Notes: generated by a model not told the origin, from the sequence alone. DNA of 64,000 nt from an uncultured bacterium (GCA_965552055.1 CBEVQO010000001.1:406779-470778); one strand, 5' to 3'; shown: positions 34,878 through 44,838, numbered from the stretch's first letter. Translations and numbers: made by a program.

Positions 34878-36955
34878 AAAGAATTTCTTTATTTTCAGAT
34901 GTACAATTTTTAAGGGGTGTGGGTCCAAAATATCTTCCCCTTATCAAAAAATTGTTGAAAAAAGATTCACAGAAAATAAGGGTTTATGATTTGCTTCATC
35001 ATTTTCCTCGTGATTATTCAAAAAGGAAGTTGATAAAGGATTTGCGTCCAGGTGAAAAGTCCTTTATTTATGCAAGGATTATTCAGTGTGATGAAAGACA
35101 AACCAGCAAAGGTCCTGTTTTTACAGTTGATATCAGTGATGGCACGGGCAATGTTCAATGTGCTTTCTTTAACTATTCAGAAATTGCAAAAAAGAGATTT
35201 AGATGGGGGAGACTTGTGAAAATAGAAGGCGAGCCCCAGATGTTTGGAAAAGACCTGCAATTTGTAAATCCAATTGTAGAATTCAACCCTGAAGATAAAA
35301 AGCAAAAGTTACTTCCAGTTTATCCTTTAACAGAAGGATTAAGATTAGAACATTTAAGATTTATAATGGAAAATGCAATGAATACGATAGAAGAAGTTGA
35401 AGAAACACTCTCGCCTAAAATCAGAGAAAAATACAATTTGATTGAGAAAAAAGTTGCTTTAAAAAATATTCACTTTCCTGAAGATGAAATAATGTTGCAG
35501 AAAGCAATCTATAGATTAAAATTTGAAGAACTATTCTTTCTGGAACTCGCAGTTGCTCAAAAATACAGGAAATATAAAAAAATAGGGATACAGTTTGGCA
35601 AAGGAAGCAAGCTATCCCGTCAATTTTACGAAAGATTGAAAAAAGAAAATCCCGATTTTGAACTCACACGCTCGCAGAAAAAAGTTTTGTGGGAAATTTT
35701 TCAGGATATGGAGCGTCCCGAAGCTATGAACCGTCTTTTGCAGGGCGATGTAGGAAGTGGTAAAACAATAGTTGCATCTTTTTGCATCTTAAAGGCAATA
35801 GAAAACGGCTATCAGGTTGCTTTTATGGCACCAACAGAAATACTCGCAGAACAACATTTCATATTGCTAAAAGATTATTTTGAAGAACTCGGAGTTAAAA
35901 TAGCTTTATTAATAGGAAGTACGCCAAAAAATGAAAAGGAGAAAATTTATAAAGAGCTGAAAGAGGGAGAAATCGATCTTGTGATAGGCACCCATGCCTT
36001 ACTTTTTGAGAAAGTTGAATTTAAAAATCTTGGTTTTGTTGTGATTGATGAGCAGCACAAATTTGGGGTGCTACAGCGTGCCAGATTGCGTGAAAAGGGC
36101 ACAGCACCTGATTTGCTCGTAATGACAGCAACACCCATCCCACGCAGTTTGTCTCTAACTCTATACGGAGAACTTGATATCTCAACAATCGAAGAATTAC
36201 CACCCGGAAGAAAACCAGTGAAAACTTACATAATATCGGAAGAAAACATAGAAGGTGTTTATAACTTTGTCAAGAAGGAACTGGATAAGGGACATCAGTG
36301 TTACATTGTCTATCCTGCAGTTGAGGAGACACAGGATGAATTGAAAACAGCAAAAGGTGAATATCGCAAATTGAAGGAAATTTTTAAAGATTATAAAGTT
36401 GGTTTGTTATATGGCAAAATGACAGGTTATGAGAAAACAAAGGTAATGCGTGATTTCAGGGAAGGCAAAATTCAGGTTTTATGTGCCACAACAGTAATAG
36501 AAATAGGACTCGATGCTCCAAAAGCTACCTGTATCGTCATCCAGCATGCGGAAAGATTTGGATTGGCACAGCTGCATCAATTGAGGGGAAGAGTAGGAAG
36601 AAGTGAGTTGCAATCTTATTGCTTTTTAGTAGTATCAAAAAATAAAGTGAAGGATAAAGCAGCAGAGAGATTAAAAGTTTTATTGAGAGAAAACAATGGC
36701 TTTAAAATAGCACAGAAGGATTTGGAAATAAGGGGACCTGGTGAATTTTTGGGTATACGCCAGCATGGCTTTTTGCGTTTAAAAATAGCAGATATTGTGA
36801 AAGATTTCGGAATACTGAAAAGAGCAAGAGAAGCGGCATTTAATTTGATAAAAGAAGACCCTTTACTTTGTAAAGAAGAAAACAGATGTATACGCAAAGA
36901 ATTTGAAAGATTGATAAATGAAGGAGAGATTTCACTTGATTTTGAAATAAGCTAA
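34874..36955 (+). CDS. recG: ATP-dependent DNA helicase RecG
   Basis: Wedge domain, GDVGSGKT Walker A, DEQHKFGV, and motifs V/VI (QLRGRVGRS). Confidence 0.92.
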   Translation: MKRISLFSDVQFLRGVGPKYLPLIKKLLKKDSQKIRVYDLLHHFPRDYSKRKLIKDLRPGEKSFIYARIIQCDERQTSKGPVFTVDISDGTGNVQCAFFNYSEIAKKRFRWGRLVKIEGEPQMFGKDLQFVNPIVEFNPEDKKQKLLPVYPLTEGLRLEHLRFIMENAMNTIEEVEETLSPKIREKYNLIEKKVALKNIHFPEDEIMLQKAIYRLKFEELFFLELAVAQKYRKYKKIGIQFGKGSKLSRQFYERLKKENPDFELTRSQKKVLWEIFQDMERPEAMNRLLQGDVGSGKTIVASFCILKAIENGYQVAFMAPTEILAEQHFILLKDYFEELGVKIALLIGSTPKNEKEKIYKELKEGEIDLVIGTHALLFEKVEFKNLGFVVIDEQHKFGVLQRARLREKGTAPDLLVMTATPIPRSLSLTLYGELDISTIEELPPGRKPVKTYIISEENIEGVYNFVKKELDKGHQCYIVYPAVEETQDELKTAKGEYRKLKEIFKDYKVGLLYGKMTGYEKTKVMRDFREGKIQVLCATTVIEIGLDAPKATCIVIQHAERFGLAQLHQLRGRVGRSELQSYCFLVVSKNKVKDKAAERLKVLLRENNGFKIAQKDLEIRGPGEFLGIRQHGFLRLKIADIVKDFGILKRAREAAFNLIKEDPLLCKEENRCIRKEFERLINEGEISLDFEIS

Positions 36956-38391
36956 GGGCTGTATTTTACTAAATAAGTTTTTGGATGAGGCGAGACATAC
37001 ATAACTTTGAATTTCTCGATGCTATCTTTGATTGCTGGTATCAGGTATTTGTAAGTGGTCATCGTCCATCTGAAAGCATCTATAACTATGTAATCTGCTT
37101 TTTTTATAGCCTGCCACATTTTTATGTGATCTGAAGTCATTGGATAGCCAAATGCTTTTCTATCCGAAAAGAACCACATAAATTCCGGTTTTCTGCACAA
37201 TATTTTGGCATCCCTCTCAGTATATTTTTTACACCATTTTGCGACATCAAAGTAAGAAATCCAGTCGGGTGGATAAGGTCTTCTAACTTGCTCGGAATAC
37301 CGGAAGATAGCGATAAGGGCAAAAATTGAAAATATTGCGGTTAAAATATGTAAACCAAATTTTATCTTTTCCACGCTCTTTGAAACAAAGTATAAAACGA
37401 AAGGAAAAACAGGAAGAATGAATCTTGCCCCGGTCCATACTTCTGGCCAGATAAGAACAACACCCATATAAAAAATCAGGATAAGATGCAAAATGTTAAC
37501 TTTTCTCAATTTCAACAATGTAAAGATAAAACCTGCTATCATCAGCCCTGTAATTATTAACGATGCAAAAGTGTTTATTTTACCGATTAATAAAATTTTC
37601 GACATCAAAAATCCGCTATACATCTTCAAATTGTGCCATATTCTTTTCAGCAAATCCAAAAATGTTATCCTCCCGAGTTCAGGTGCATATGGGTTTTTCC
37701 AGAGAAATTGTGCAAAATAACTTTCGCCTCCACCAGCATACCTGTTGCGTATAAGCCATGGCAAAATCAAAACAAAAATGATTAAAAAAGCAACTAAAAA
37801 TTCGCGATATTTTTTCCTGATTAAAAGATAAAGCAAAATTGCAGGAAAATAAGCAATGCCAACGCTCCTAACATAATAAGCGAATATGCTCGCAAAGACG
37901 GAAAAAATAAGATAAAGAAATCTCCCCTCTTTTTCCCATTTCAAGAATAGATAAACAAAAAGTAAAGAAGAAAAGATAAAAGGAACTTCAGATAAAATGA
38001 CAGAATGATATTTCAGAAAAAGAGGGTTTATCGCGAATAAAGGCAACAAAAAATTTACTCCTTTTTCCCATATCATTTGCAGGATAAGGTAAAATAAAAT
38101 TGTGGACACCATTCCCATTAAGAAAACCCAGATTTTAAATGCCATTATATTCCTGCCGAAAAGTAAGTGAGGAATGGTCAGTAGAAAGGGGAAACCGGGC
38201 GGAAAATGTTTTGCAGCAGGCTCATCGGGCTTATAAATCTCTTTGTAACCTTTACCCGAAATTATCGATTCACACAAAGCAATATAACAAACATTATCGC
38301 CACCTGTGGATAATTTTTTATCGAATAAAAATACTCCAAAAAGAAATTGGCAACAAAGAGAAATTATAAGAATAAAGTGCTTTTTCATCAA
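36952..38391 (-). CDS. GT-C membrane glycosyltransferase (ArnT/PMT-like, GT39/83 family)
   Basis: About 12 TM helices, an N-terminal DxD-like loop, and a C-terminal soluble domain; typical of undecaprenyl-phosphate sugar transferases to lipid or protein. Confidence 0.55.
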   Translation of the reverse strand: MMKKHFILIISLCCQFLFGVFLFDKKLSTGGDNVCYIALCESIISGKGYKEIYKPDEPAAKHFPPGFPFLLTIPHLLFGRNIMAFKIWVFLMGMVSTILFYLILQMIWEKGVNFLLPLFAINPLFLKYHSVILSEVPFIFSSLLFVYLFLKWEKEGRFLYLIFSVFASIFAYYVRSVGIAYFPAILLYLLIRKKYREFLVAFLIIFVLILPWLIRNRYAGGGESYFAQFLWKNPYAPELGRITFLDLLKRIWHNLKMYSGFLMSKILLIGKINTFASLIITGLMIAGFIFTLLKLRKVNILHLILIFYMGVVLIWPEVWTGARFILPVFPFVLYFVSKSVEKIKFGLHILTAIFSIFALIAIFRYSEQVRRPYPPDWISYFDVAKWCKKYTERDAKILCRKPEFMWFFSDRKAFGYPMTSDHIKMWQAIKKADYIVIDAFRWTMTTYKYLIPAIKDSIEKFKVMYVSPHPKTYLVKYSP

Positions 38392-38413
38392 ATTATTTTA
38401 AATGAAATTTTAT

Positions 38414-38440
38414 GTTGTCAATTCTTTTTCTTGATTATAA
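38414..38440 (+). promoter_or_regulatory. Sigma-70-like promoter (TTGTCA-15-TATAAT) placing queD on a leaderless transcript
   Basis: ttgtcaattctttttcttgattataat, then taaa, then ATGATG at 38445. Confidence 0.5.
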
Positions 38441-38444
38441 TAAA

Positions 38445-38816
38445 ATGATGTATGTGCTTGAGGTGAAAAGGAAGTTTTCAGCAGCTCACAGTTTGCGAGG
38501 ATATGGTGGGGAATGCGAAAAATTACATGGACATAATTTTGAAGTAACGCTGAAAGTAAAAGTTGAAAAATTAAATAAAATAGGAATCACGATTGACTTT
38601 AAGAAGATAGATGAAATATTAAAAGAAATACTGGAAGAGCTGGATCATCAAAATTTAAATGAATTACCTTATTTTTCGGATAAAAATCCATCTGCTGAAA
38701 ACATAGCAAAATTTATTTTTGAGAAAGCAAAGGGGAGAATAAAAGAAGGGAAAGTTATTGAAGTAAAAGTAAGCGAAACAGATAAATATTCTGTCAGTTA
38801 TCGTGAAGATTTGTGA
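38445..38816 (+). CDS. queD: 6-carboxy-5,6,7,8-tetrahydropterin synthase
   Basis: FSAAHSLRGYGGECEKLHGHNF matches the PTPS/QueD motifs (CxxxHGH). The track start 38412 lies in the promoter. Confidence 0.88.
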   Translation: MMYVLEVKRKFSAAHSLRGYGGECEKLHGHNFEVTLKVKVEKLNKIGITIDFKKIDEILKEILEELDHQNLNELPYFSDKNPSAENIAKFIFEKAKGRIKEGKVIEVKVSETDKYSVSYREDL

Positions 38817-39420
38817 ATTATTTACGAGCATTCAGGGTGAAACCACTTTTCAAGGATTGCCTTTCACTTTTATAAGAGTAGCAGGTTGCAACCTCAATTG
38901 TAAATGGTGTGATACGCAATATGCAAGGGGCAATGGTAAGGAAATGAAAATAGATGACATTATAAATTTTGTGAAAAGACAGGGTTTAAAATATGTGATG
39001 GTTACAGGTGGAGAACCCCTTTTGCAGGAAGAGACTTATATTTTATGTGATGATTTACTGAAAATGGGATACACTGTACTGGTTGAAACAAATGGTTCTA
39101 TTCTGGTTGACAAATTGAAAAAAGAAATAATAAAGATTGTGGATGTAAAATGCCCTTCATCCGGTGAACACGAAAAAATGAAGTTTGAGAATTTCAAATA
39201 TTTGACAGAAAAGGACGAAATAAAATTTGTAATAATGAATAGAAAAGATTATGAATATGCTAAGAGAATCATTCAAGAATTTGATTTATGGGGCAGAAAG
39301 ATTTTATTTTCTCCTGTTCATAATGTTATGTCTGCGAGAACTCTGGCTGAATGGCTTCTGGAAGACAAATTAAATGCAAAATTACAGATACAATTGCATA
39401 AATATCTTTCTATGAAATGA
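38803..39420 (+). CDS. queE: 7-carboxy-7-deazaguanine synthase (radical SAM)
   Basis: ELFTSIQGE…RVAGCNLNCKWCDT radical-SAM QueE signature; 14-nt overlap with queD. Confidence 0.88.
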   Translation: MKICELFTSIQGETTFQGLPFTFIRVAGCNLNCKWCDTQYARGNGKEMKIDDIINFVKRQGLKYVMVTGGEPLLQEETYILCDDLLKMGYTVLVETNGSILVDKLKKEIIKIVDVKCPSSGEHEKMKFENFKYLTEKDEIKFVIMNRKDYEYAKRIIQEFDLWGRKILFSPVHNVMSARTLAEWLLEDKLNAKLQIQLHKYLSMK

Positions 39421-39815
39421 TTGAATTTGTAAAACTTGCTTTAACTCCAATTGTTTTAATATCTGCAGAGGGATTAATAATTTTAACTGCACAGAATAGA
39501 TATGGAAGGGTTATTGACAGAATCAGGGAATTGTACAGCATCTATCGTGCAGATGTTGAACGGCGCGATATTTTAAAGACAGAACTTTTAATTTTACTTA
39601 AAAGGGGCAAAATTTTGCGTAATGCTATGATTTTTTATTTCACTTCGATTTTCTTTTGCCTCATCACATCTATGGGTTTATTTTTAAGAATTAGACAGTC
39701 TTTTTGTATAATTACTTTTTCAATTGCTCTCTTTCTTTTTATTTTGGGAGTAATTTTCAGCATCTGGGATTTGATTTTTTCTTATAAAGCTGTTGAAAAA
39801 GAGGTGAGTTTATGA
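39417..39815 (+). CDS. Small membrane protein (DUF2721-like) embedded in the que operon
   Basis: 132 aa, an N-terminal TM helix, an amphipathic region, and a C-terminal pair of TM helices; 4-nt overlaps on both sides. Confidence 0.45.
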   Translation: MIEFVKLALTPIVLISAEGLIILTAQNRYGRVIDRIRELYSIYRADVERRDILKTELLILLKRGKILRNAMIFYFTSIFFCLITSMGLFLRIRQSFCIITFSIALFLFILGVIFSIWDLIFSYKAVEKEVSL

Positions 39816-40462
39816 AAGCGGTTGTTCTTGCATCAGGTGGCATTGATTCCTGTGTTTGTCTTGCTATCGCCATACGCCATTATGAAGTTGCGTTGCTACA
39901 TGTAAACTATGGACAAAGAACAGAAAAAAAAGAATTGGAATGCTTTGAAAAACTCGCAAATTATTATGGAATAAAGGAAAAACTGATTGTAAATTTGCCT
40001 CATTTGAAAGAAATAGGGGGCTCAAGTTTAACAGATGAAAAAATGGAAATAGAAGAAGGTTTAAGTGATGATATACCATCTACTTATGTTCCTTTTCGCA
40101 ATGCCAACATTTTGGCTGTTGCTGTCTCCTGGGCAGAAGTTATAGGTGCTGAGCGCATATTCATAGGAGCAATCGAAGAAGATGCGCCTGGATATCCTGA
40201 TTGCAGAAAAAAGTTTTACGATGCCTTCCAAAAAGTGATAGAAACAGGAACGAAAAAAGGAAACATTAAAATTTGCACACCTTTGATAAAATTGAAAAAG
40301 TCAAAGGTTGTCGAAATCGGTGCAAAATTGGGCGCACCTTTTCATCTCACATGGTCATGCTATAAAAATGAGGAAAAAGCATGCGGTAAATGTGATAGTT
40401 GCTTGCGGCGCTTGCGAGCATTTAAAGAAGCAGGAATAAAAGACCCTATCCCTTACGAATAA
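39812..40462 (+). CDS. queC: 7-cyano-7-deazaguanine synthase
   Basis: VVLASGGIDSC PP-loop and C-terminal zinc ligands CGKCDSC. Confidence 0.92.
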   Translation: MKAVVLASGGIDSCVCLAIAIRHYEVALLHVNYGQRTEKKELECFEKLANYYGIKEKLIVNLPHLKEIGGSSLTDEKMEIEEGLSDDIPSTYVPFRNANILAVAVSWAEVIGAERIFIGAIEEDAPGYPDCRKKFYDAFQKVIETGTKKGNIKICTPLIKLKKSKVVEIGAKLGAPFHLTWSCYKNEEKACGKCDSCLRRLRAFKEAGIKDPIPYE

Positions 40463-40500
40463 AATTAATTGTCAAAGTTATTTTGAGGTTATAATTGGTG

Positions 40501-42324
40501 ATGAGGCGGGAGCTTGGTTTATTTTCTGTTTTCTCTATTGTCGCAGGTGCTATGATAAGTTCCGGGCTTTTTGTTTTACCCGGCATAATTTACAGGATTG
40601 CTGGACCTTCCATAATTCTATCTTACATCCTCGCAGGTATTTTGATTTTGCCAACCCTTTTCTCCAAAGCAGAGTTAGCTACCGCGATGCCAAAAGCGGG
40701 TGGTACTTACTTCTTTGTAGGCAGAAGTATGGGTGCATGTGCAGGAGTAATTTCCGGGCTATCAAATTGCTTTGCAACAATCTTAAAAAGTGCCTTCGCA
40801 TTAATAGGAATTGGCGCCTTCCTACAATTGATAAATCCACAGGTGTCTGAACCGCAAATAAAACTGCTTTCCATAATTCTTTGTGCTATATTCGTAATCG
40901 CAAATCTTATAAGCATAAAGGTAAGCGGAAGATTACAGGCGTTCCTCGTTATCTTTTTGTTAACCGTTCTATTTTTGTTTTTCATTCTCGGAATCGAAAA
41001 AATTTCTCTCTTTCATTTTCATCCATTTTTCTCAAAAGGCAAACTCAATATGCTCAAAGCAACGGGCATTGTTTTTATCTCCTACATTGGACTTACAAAG
41101 GTAGCAGCTGTAGCCGAAGAAGTTAAAAATCCCGGTAAAAATTTGCCTTACGGTATGTTGCTTGCACTTATCGTTGTATCTCTTTTATATGCTGGATGTG
41201 TCAGTGTAACAATTGGTTTACTTTCGCCGGATGAAATTTCTCATTCACTCTCACCTCTTTGCCTCGCTTCCACACACATTTATGGCAGGATAACTTTTAT
41301 TATAATGGCAATAGCTGCAATTTGTGCATTTGTAACAACGGCAAACGCTGGAATAATGACGGCATCAAGAACTCTGATAGCAATGAGTAAAGATAAATTA
41401 TTGCCCGGAAAGATAAAAATTAATTCAGCGGTGATTATCACAGGAATTTTTATGATTGCAATGATTTTATTTTTAAAAATTGAACAACTCGTAAAAGTAG
41501 CATCAACCTTACAGATAATTTTGTTTATTATGGTGAATATCTCACTTATAATAATGCGTGAAAGCAAATTGAGTGCCTATCGACCTCAATTCAAAAGTCC
41601 CCTGTACCCCTGGGGACAAATAGCTGGTGTCATAATTTATACTTTTTTACTTTTTGAAATGGGCAAGTTTCCGCTCATAACTTCTGGTGTTTTCATCCTT
41701 GCCTGTGTTTTGTGGTATTATTTTTATGCCAGAAGCAGAGTCCAGCATCAGTCGGTTTTGATGCATGTTTTAAGCCAGCTAACAGGTGCAGATAAAGAAT
41801 TGATAAAAGGGAATCTCGAAGAAGAATTGATTCAAATTTTAAGAGAAAGGGACGAAGTAAAGGAAGATAGATTCGACAGATTGATAAGAAAATGCGAAAT
41901 TCTGGATTTGCACGAAAAAATGAATCTCGAAGAATTTTTGCATTTTATATCGCAAAAACTTTCACAAAAATTGGGAATATCTGAAGATTATTTGTTTAAT
42001 GAATTTTTGAAAAGAGAACGCGAATGTTCTACCTGTATTCATCCTGGTCTTGCCATTCCGCATATCGTTTTACCTGGTGAAGGAAAATTTGAAATGATGG
42101 TTATAAGGAGTAAGGAAGGAGTAAAATTTACAGAAGAGTTTCCTCCTGCTCATATAATTTTTGTGCTGTGCGGAACAATGGATGAGCGCGATTTCTACCT
42201 TAGAGCATTGATGGCAATAGCCCAGACAGTACAGGAAAAGGGATTCGAAGAAAAATGGATGAAAGCTGAAACAACCGAAGATATAAGAAGATTGATTCTA
42301 CTATCTCAAAGAAGAAGGCTTTAA
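40501..42324 (+). CDS. APC-family amino acid permease fused to a C-terminal PTS EIIA type-2 (PtsN-like) domain
   Basis: Twelve TM helices of the APC fold, then a 150-aa soluble tail with GLAIPHIVLPGEG…IIFVLCGT…FYLRALMAIA (EIIA-2 phosphorylatable His motif). The promoter ttgtca-15-tataat ends at 40495, so the ATG at 40501 is preferred over the track start 40495. Confidence 0.7.
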   Translation: MRRELGLFSVFSIVAGAMISSGLFVLPGIIYRIAGPSIILSYILAGILILPTLFSKAELATAMPKAGGTYFFVGRSMGACAGVISGLSNCFATILKSAFALIGIGAFLQLINPQVSEPQIKLLSIILCAIFVIANLISIKVSGRLQAFLVIFLLTVLFLFFILGIEKISLFHFHPFFSKGKLNMLKATGIVFISYIGLTKVAAVAEEVKNPGKNLPYGMLLALIVVSLLYAGCVSVTIGLLSPDEISHSLSPLCLASTHIYGRITFIIMAIAAICAFVTTANAGIMTASRTLIAMSKDKLLPGKIKINSAVIITGIFMIAMILFLKIEQLVKVASTLQIILFIMVNISLIIMRESKLSAYRPQFKSPLYPWGQIAGVIIYTFLLFEMGKFPLITSGVFILACVLWYYFYARSRVQHQSVLMHVLSQLTGADKELIKGNLEEELIQILRERDEVKEDRFDRLIRKCEILDLHEKMNLEEFLHFISQKLSQKLGISEDYLFNEFLKRERECSTCIHPGLAIPHIVLPGEGKFEMMVIRSKEGVKFTEEFPPAHIIFVLCGTMDERDFYLRALMAIAQTVQEKGFEEKWMKAETTEDIRRLILLSQRRRL

Positions 42325-42363
42325 TCTTTTCTTGACTTTTTCAAATTTGTCTTAAAATTATTA

Positions 42364-43581
42364 GTGAAGGATATCATAAAGAAAAAGGTAAAAGGAGAGG
42401 AGTTAGAAGAATTTGAAATAGAAAAAATTGTTAATTCTTACACAAAAGGTTTACTTTCTGATGATTTAATGGCAGTATTTTTGACTTCTGTTTTTATAAA
42501 TGATTTTAGTGAAAATGAATTACTTTATTTTACAAAAGCCATGATGGAAAGCGGGAAAGTTTTACACTGGCGAGGAGGTATTTATGCTGATAAGCATTCT
42601 ACAGGTGGTGTGGGTGATAAAGTATCTTTTTTGATAGCACCAATAATGGCATCAGCTGGTCTCAAAGTGCCGATGATTTCGGGCAGAAAACTCGGACATA
42701 CAGGCGGAACAGTGGATAAACTCGAATCCATACCCGGATACAGGGTAAATCTATCATTTGAAGAATTTCAAAAAATAGTAGATAAAATTGGCTTAAGTAT
42801 CATAAGCCAGACGGAAGATTTAGCACCAGCAGATAGAAAAATATATGCACTTCGGGATAAATTAAATCTCGTAGATTCAATTCCTCTAATAGCATCGAGT
42901 ATTATGAGTAAAAAACTTGCAGAAGGGATAAATATCCTTGTGCTGGATGTGAAGACAGGCAAAGGAGCATTTATGGAAAAATATGAAGATGCAAAAGAAT
43001 TGGCACAAAAAATGGTATCAATTGGGAAAAAATACGGAATTAAAGTAAGAGCACATATCACAAATATGGATGAGCCTTTAGGAGAAGCTGCCGGTAATTC
43101 CCTTGAAATACTAGAATGCATAAGAATTTTAAAGGGAGAGCATTATCCAGATGATTTAATGGAAGTTACTTTAACACTCGCAAAAAGTGCTTTTGAACTT
43201 GCAGGCATAAAAGAGGAACCGCAAAAGTTTATAGAAAATGGAAAAGCATACGAAAAATTTAAAGAAATGATAAGAGAACATGGAGGTAACCTTGAAAAAG
43301 TAAAAGTCGCGGAAAACAAAATGGAAATAAAGGCAGAAAAAGAAGGTTATTTATTCCTTCATACAAAGGAAATAGGCAAAGTAATAAATGAATTCAAAAG
43401 CAAAAACTCTGGATGTATTTTTAGAAAAAAATCAGGCGATAAATTGAAAAAAGGTGAGGTAATTTGTGAAGTTTATTTTGAAAAAGATGAAAAAGAGATT
43501 GCCGAAAAGATTAAAAGGCACATTGAGATAAGAGAAGAAAAAATTGAAAGGAAGGAGATGATTTTTGATATAATGGGATGA
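42364..43581 (+). CDS. Pyrimidine-nucleoside (thymidine) phosphorylase
   Basis: HSTGGVGDKVS, GRKLGHTGGTVDKLE, and the S..MSKK phosphate and nucleoside binding motifs of the DeoA/Pdp family. Confidence 0.85.
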   Translation: MKDIIKKKVKGEELEEFEIEKIVNSYTKGLLSDDLMAVFLTSVFINDFSENELLYFTKAMMESGKVLHWRGGIYADKHSTGGVGDKVSFLIAPIMASAGLKVPMISGRKLGHTGGTVDKLESIPGYRVNLSFEEFQKIVDKIGLSIISQTEDLAPADRKIYALRDKLNLVDSIPLIASSIMSKKLAEGINILVLDVKTGKGAFMEKYEDAKELAQKMVSIGKKYGIKVRAHITNMDEPLGEAAGNSLEILECIRILKGEHYPDDLMEVTLTLAKSAFELAGIKEEPQKFIENGKAYEKFKEMIREHGGNLEKVKVAENKMEIKAEKEGYLFLHTKEIGKVINEFKSKNSGCIFRKKSGDKLKKGEVICEVYFEKDEKEIAEKIKRHIEIREEKIERKEMIFDIMG

Positions 43582-44837
43582 AAGATTATCCCAACATAAT
43601 TCTACTTACGATAGATGCTTTGCGACCCGATTTTATCGATTGTTATAATGATTGTGGATTGACACCGGCACTTAAAAAATTTGCAAAAAATTCAATTGTG
43701 TTTGAAAATACTTTCACACAGGGACCTTTAACTCCTTTATCTTTCCCTGCTATTTTCACAGGAATGTATCCCAGAAAAGTAATGGATGGATTTGGCAAAA
43801 TAAACAAAAATTTCCCAACTTTCGCACAAATTTTAAAAGAAAAAGGATACGAAACATGTGGAATATGTTCAAACCATTTTCTGGTAAAAGGAACAGGCTT
43901 TGAAAAAGGATTTAACATCTTCTATGATGCAAATGATTTTATGAAAGTAGGAGGGCTTCTTTATCGCTGGATATATCCCGCTGCCTTTCCAAATGCCGAT
44001 ACCGTTAACGAAAAAGCAATAAAAATGCTGAAAAAAATAAAAAGACCATTTTTCCTGTGGGTTCACTATATGGATACTCATGGACCTTATTTTACAGGGA
44101 TAAAATTTAATCCCGTGCATAAATTTCACAATGAATTTCTGTGGATAAAAGCAACAAGAAGACCAAAAAGCGTGACGAAAAAAGAAAAAAGAAAATTAAA
44201 AACATTATACAAAAAAGCAATCCAATACATCGACCAAAAATTGCACGAATTATTCAAAGTATTTGAAGATATGAATTTATTTGAAAATTCGATTATAATT
44301 ATCACATCGGATCATGGAGAAGAATTTGCAGAACACGGTGAATTCTCTCATAGCCGTAAACTTTACGACGAATTGCTTAGAGTTCCATTGATAATATATT
44401 CACCAAAATCAAAGCATGTAAGAATTAAAAAAATTATGGGATTGATAGACCTTTTACCCACAGTTTTTAAAATTGCTAAAATTGAAACCGATATAAATTT
44501 TGAAGGAAAAGACATTTTAAATTTTGAAAGAAAATATGTCATAAGTGAAGCGAATCCAGATAAGAAAAAAAATTTTATAGCGATAAGAACTGAAAACTGG
44601 AAATACATATTTGATGAAGAAAAAAATAAAGAAGAACTTTATGATATAAGAAGAGACCCACTGGAGAAAAAGAATCTTGTTGAAAAGGTTTCGAAACAAA
44701 TTTTATACGAATTTAGAAATATTTTGAAGGAATTTACCGAAAGCTGTCCAAAAACAGGAAACACTGCGGATAGATATTTTGACGATAAAATCAAGAAACA
44801 TTTAGAATTTCTCGGATATATTGACGAAGTGAAATAA
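43578..44837 (+). CDS. Sulfatase-like hydrolase/transferase (alkaline phosphatase superfamily, PF00884-like)
   Basis: TIDALRPD, DTHGPY and SDHGEEFAEHGEFSHS motifs. The canonical C/S-x-P-x-R formylglycine motif is not present (LTPLSFPAIFTG). Confidence 0.65.
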   Translation: MKDYPNIILLTIDALRPDFIDCYNDCGLTPALKKFAKNSIVFENTFTQGPLTPLSFPAIFTGMYPRKVMDGFGKINKNFPTFAQILKEKGYETCGICSNHFLVKGTGFEKGFNIFYDANDFMKVGGLLYRWIYPAAFPNADTVNEKAIKMLKKIKRPFFLWVHYMDTHGPYFTGIKFNPVHKFHNEFLWIKATRRPKSVTKKEKRKLKTLYKKAIQYIDQKLHELFKVFEDMNLFENSIIIITSDHGEEFAEHGEFSHSRKLYDELLRVPLIIYSPKSKHVRIKKIMGLIDLLPTVFKIAKIETDINFEGKDILNFERKYVISEANPDKKKNFIAIRTENWKYIFDEEKNKEELYDIRRDPLEKKNLVEKVSKQILYEFRNILKEFTESCPKTGNTADRYFDDKIKKHLEFLGYIDEVK

Positions 44838-44838
44838 C

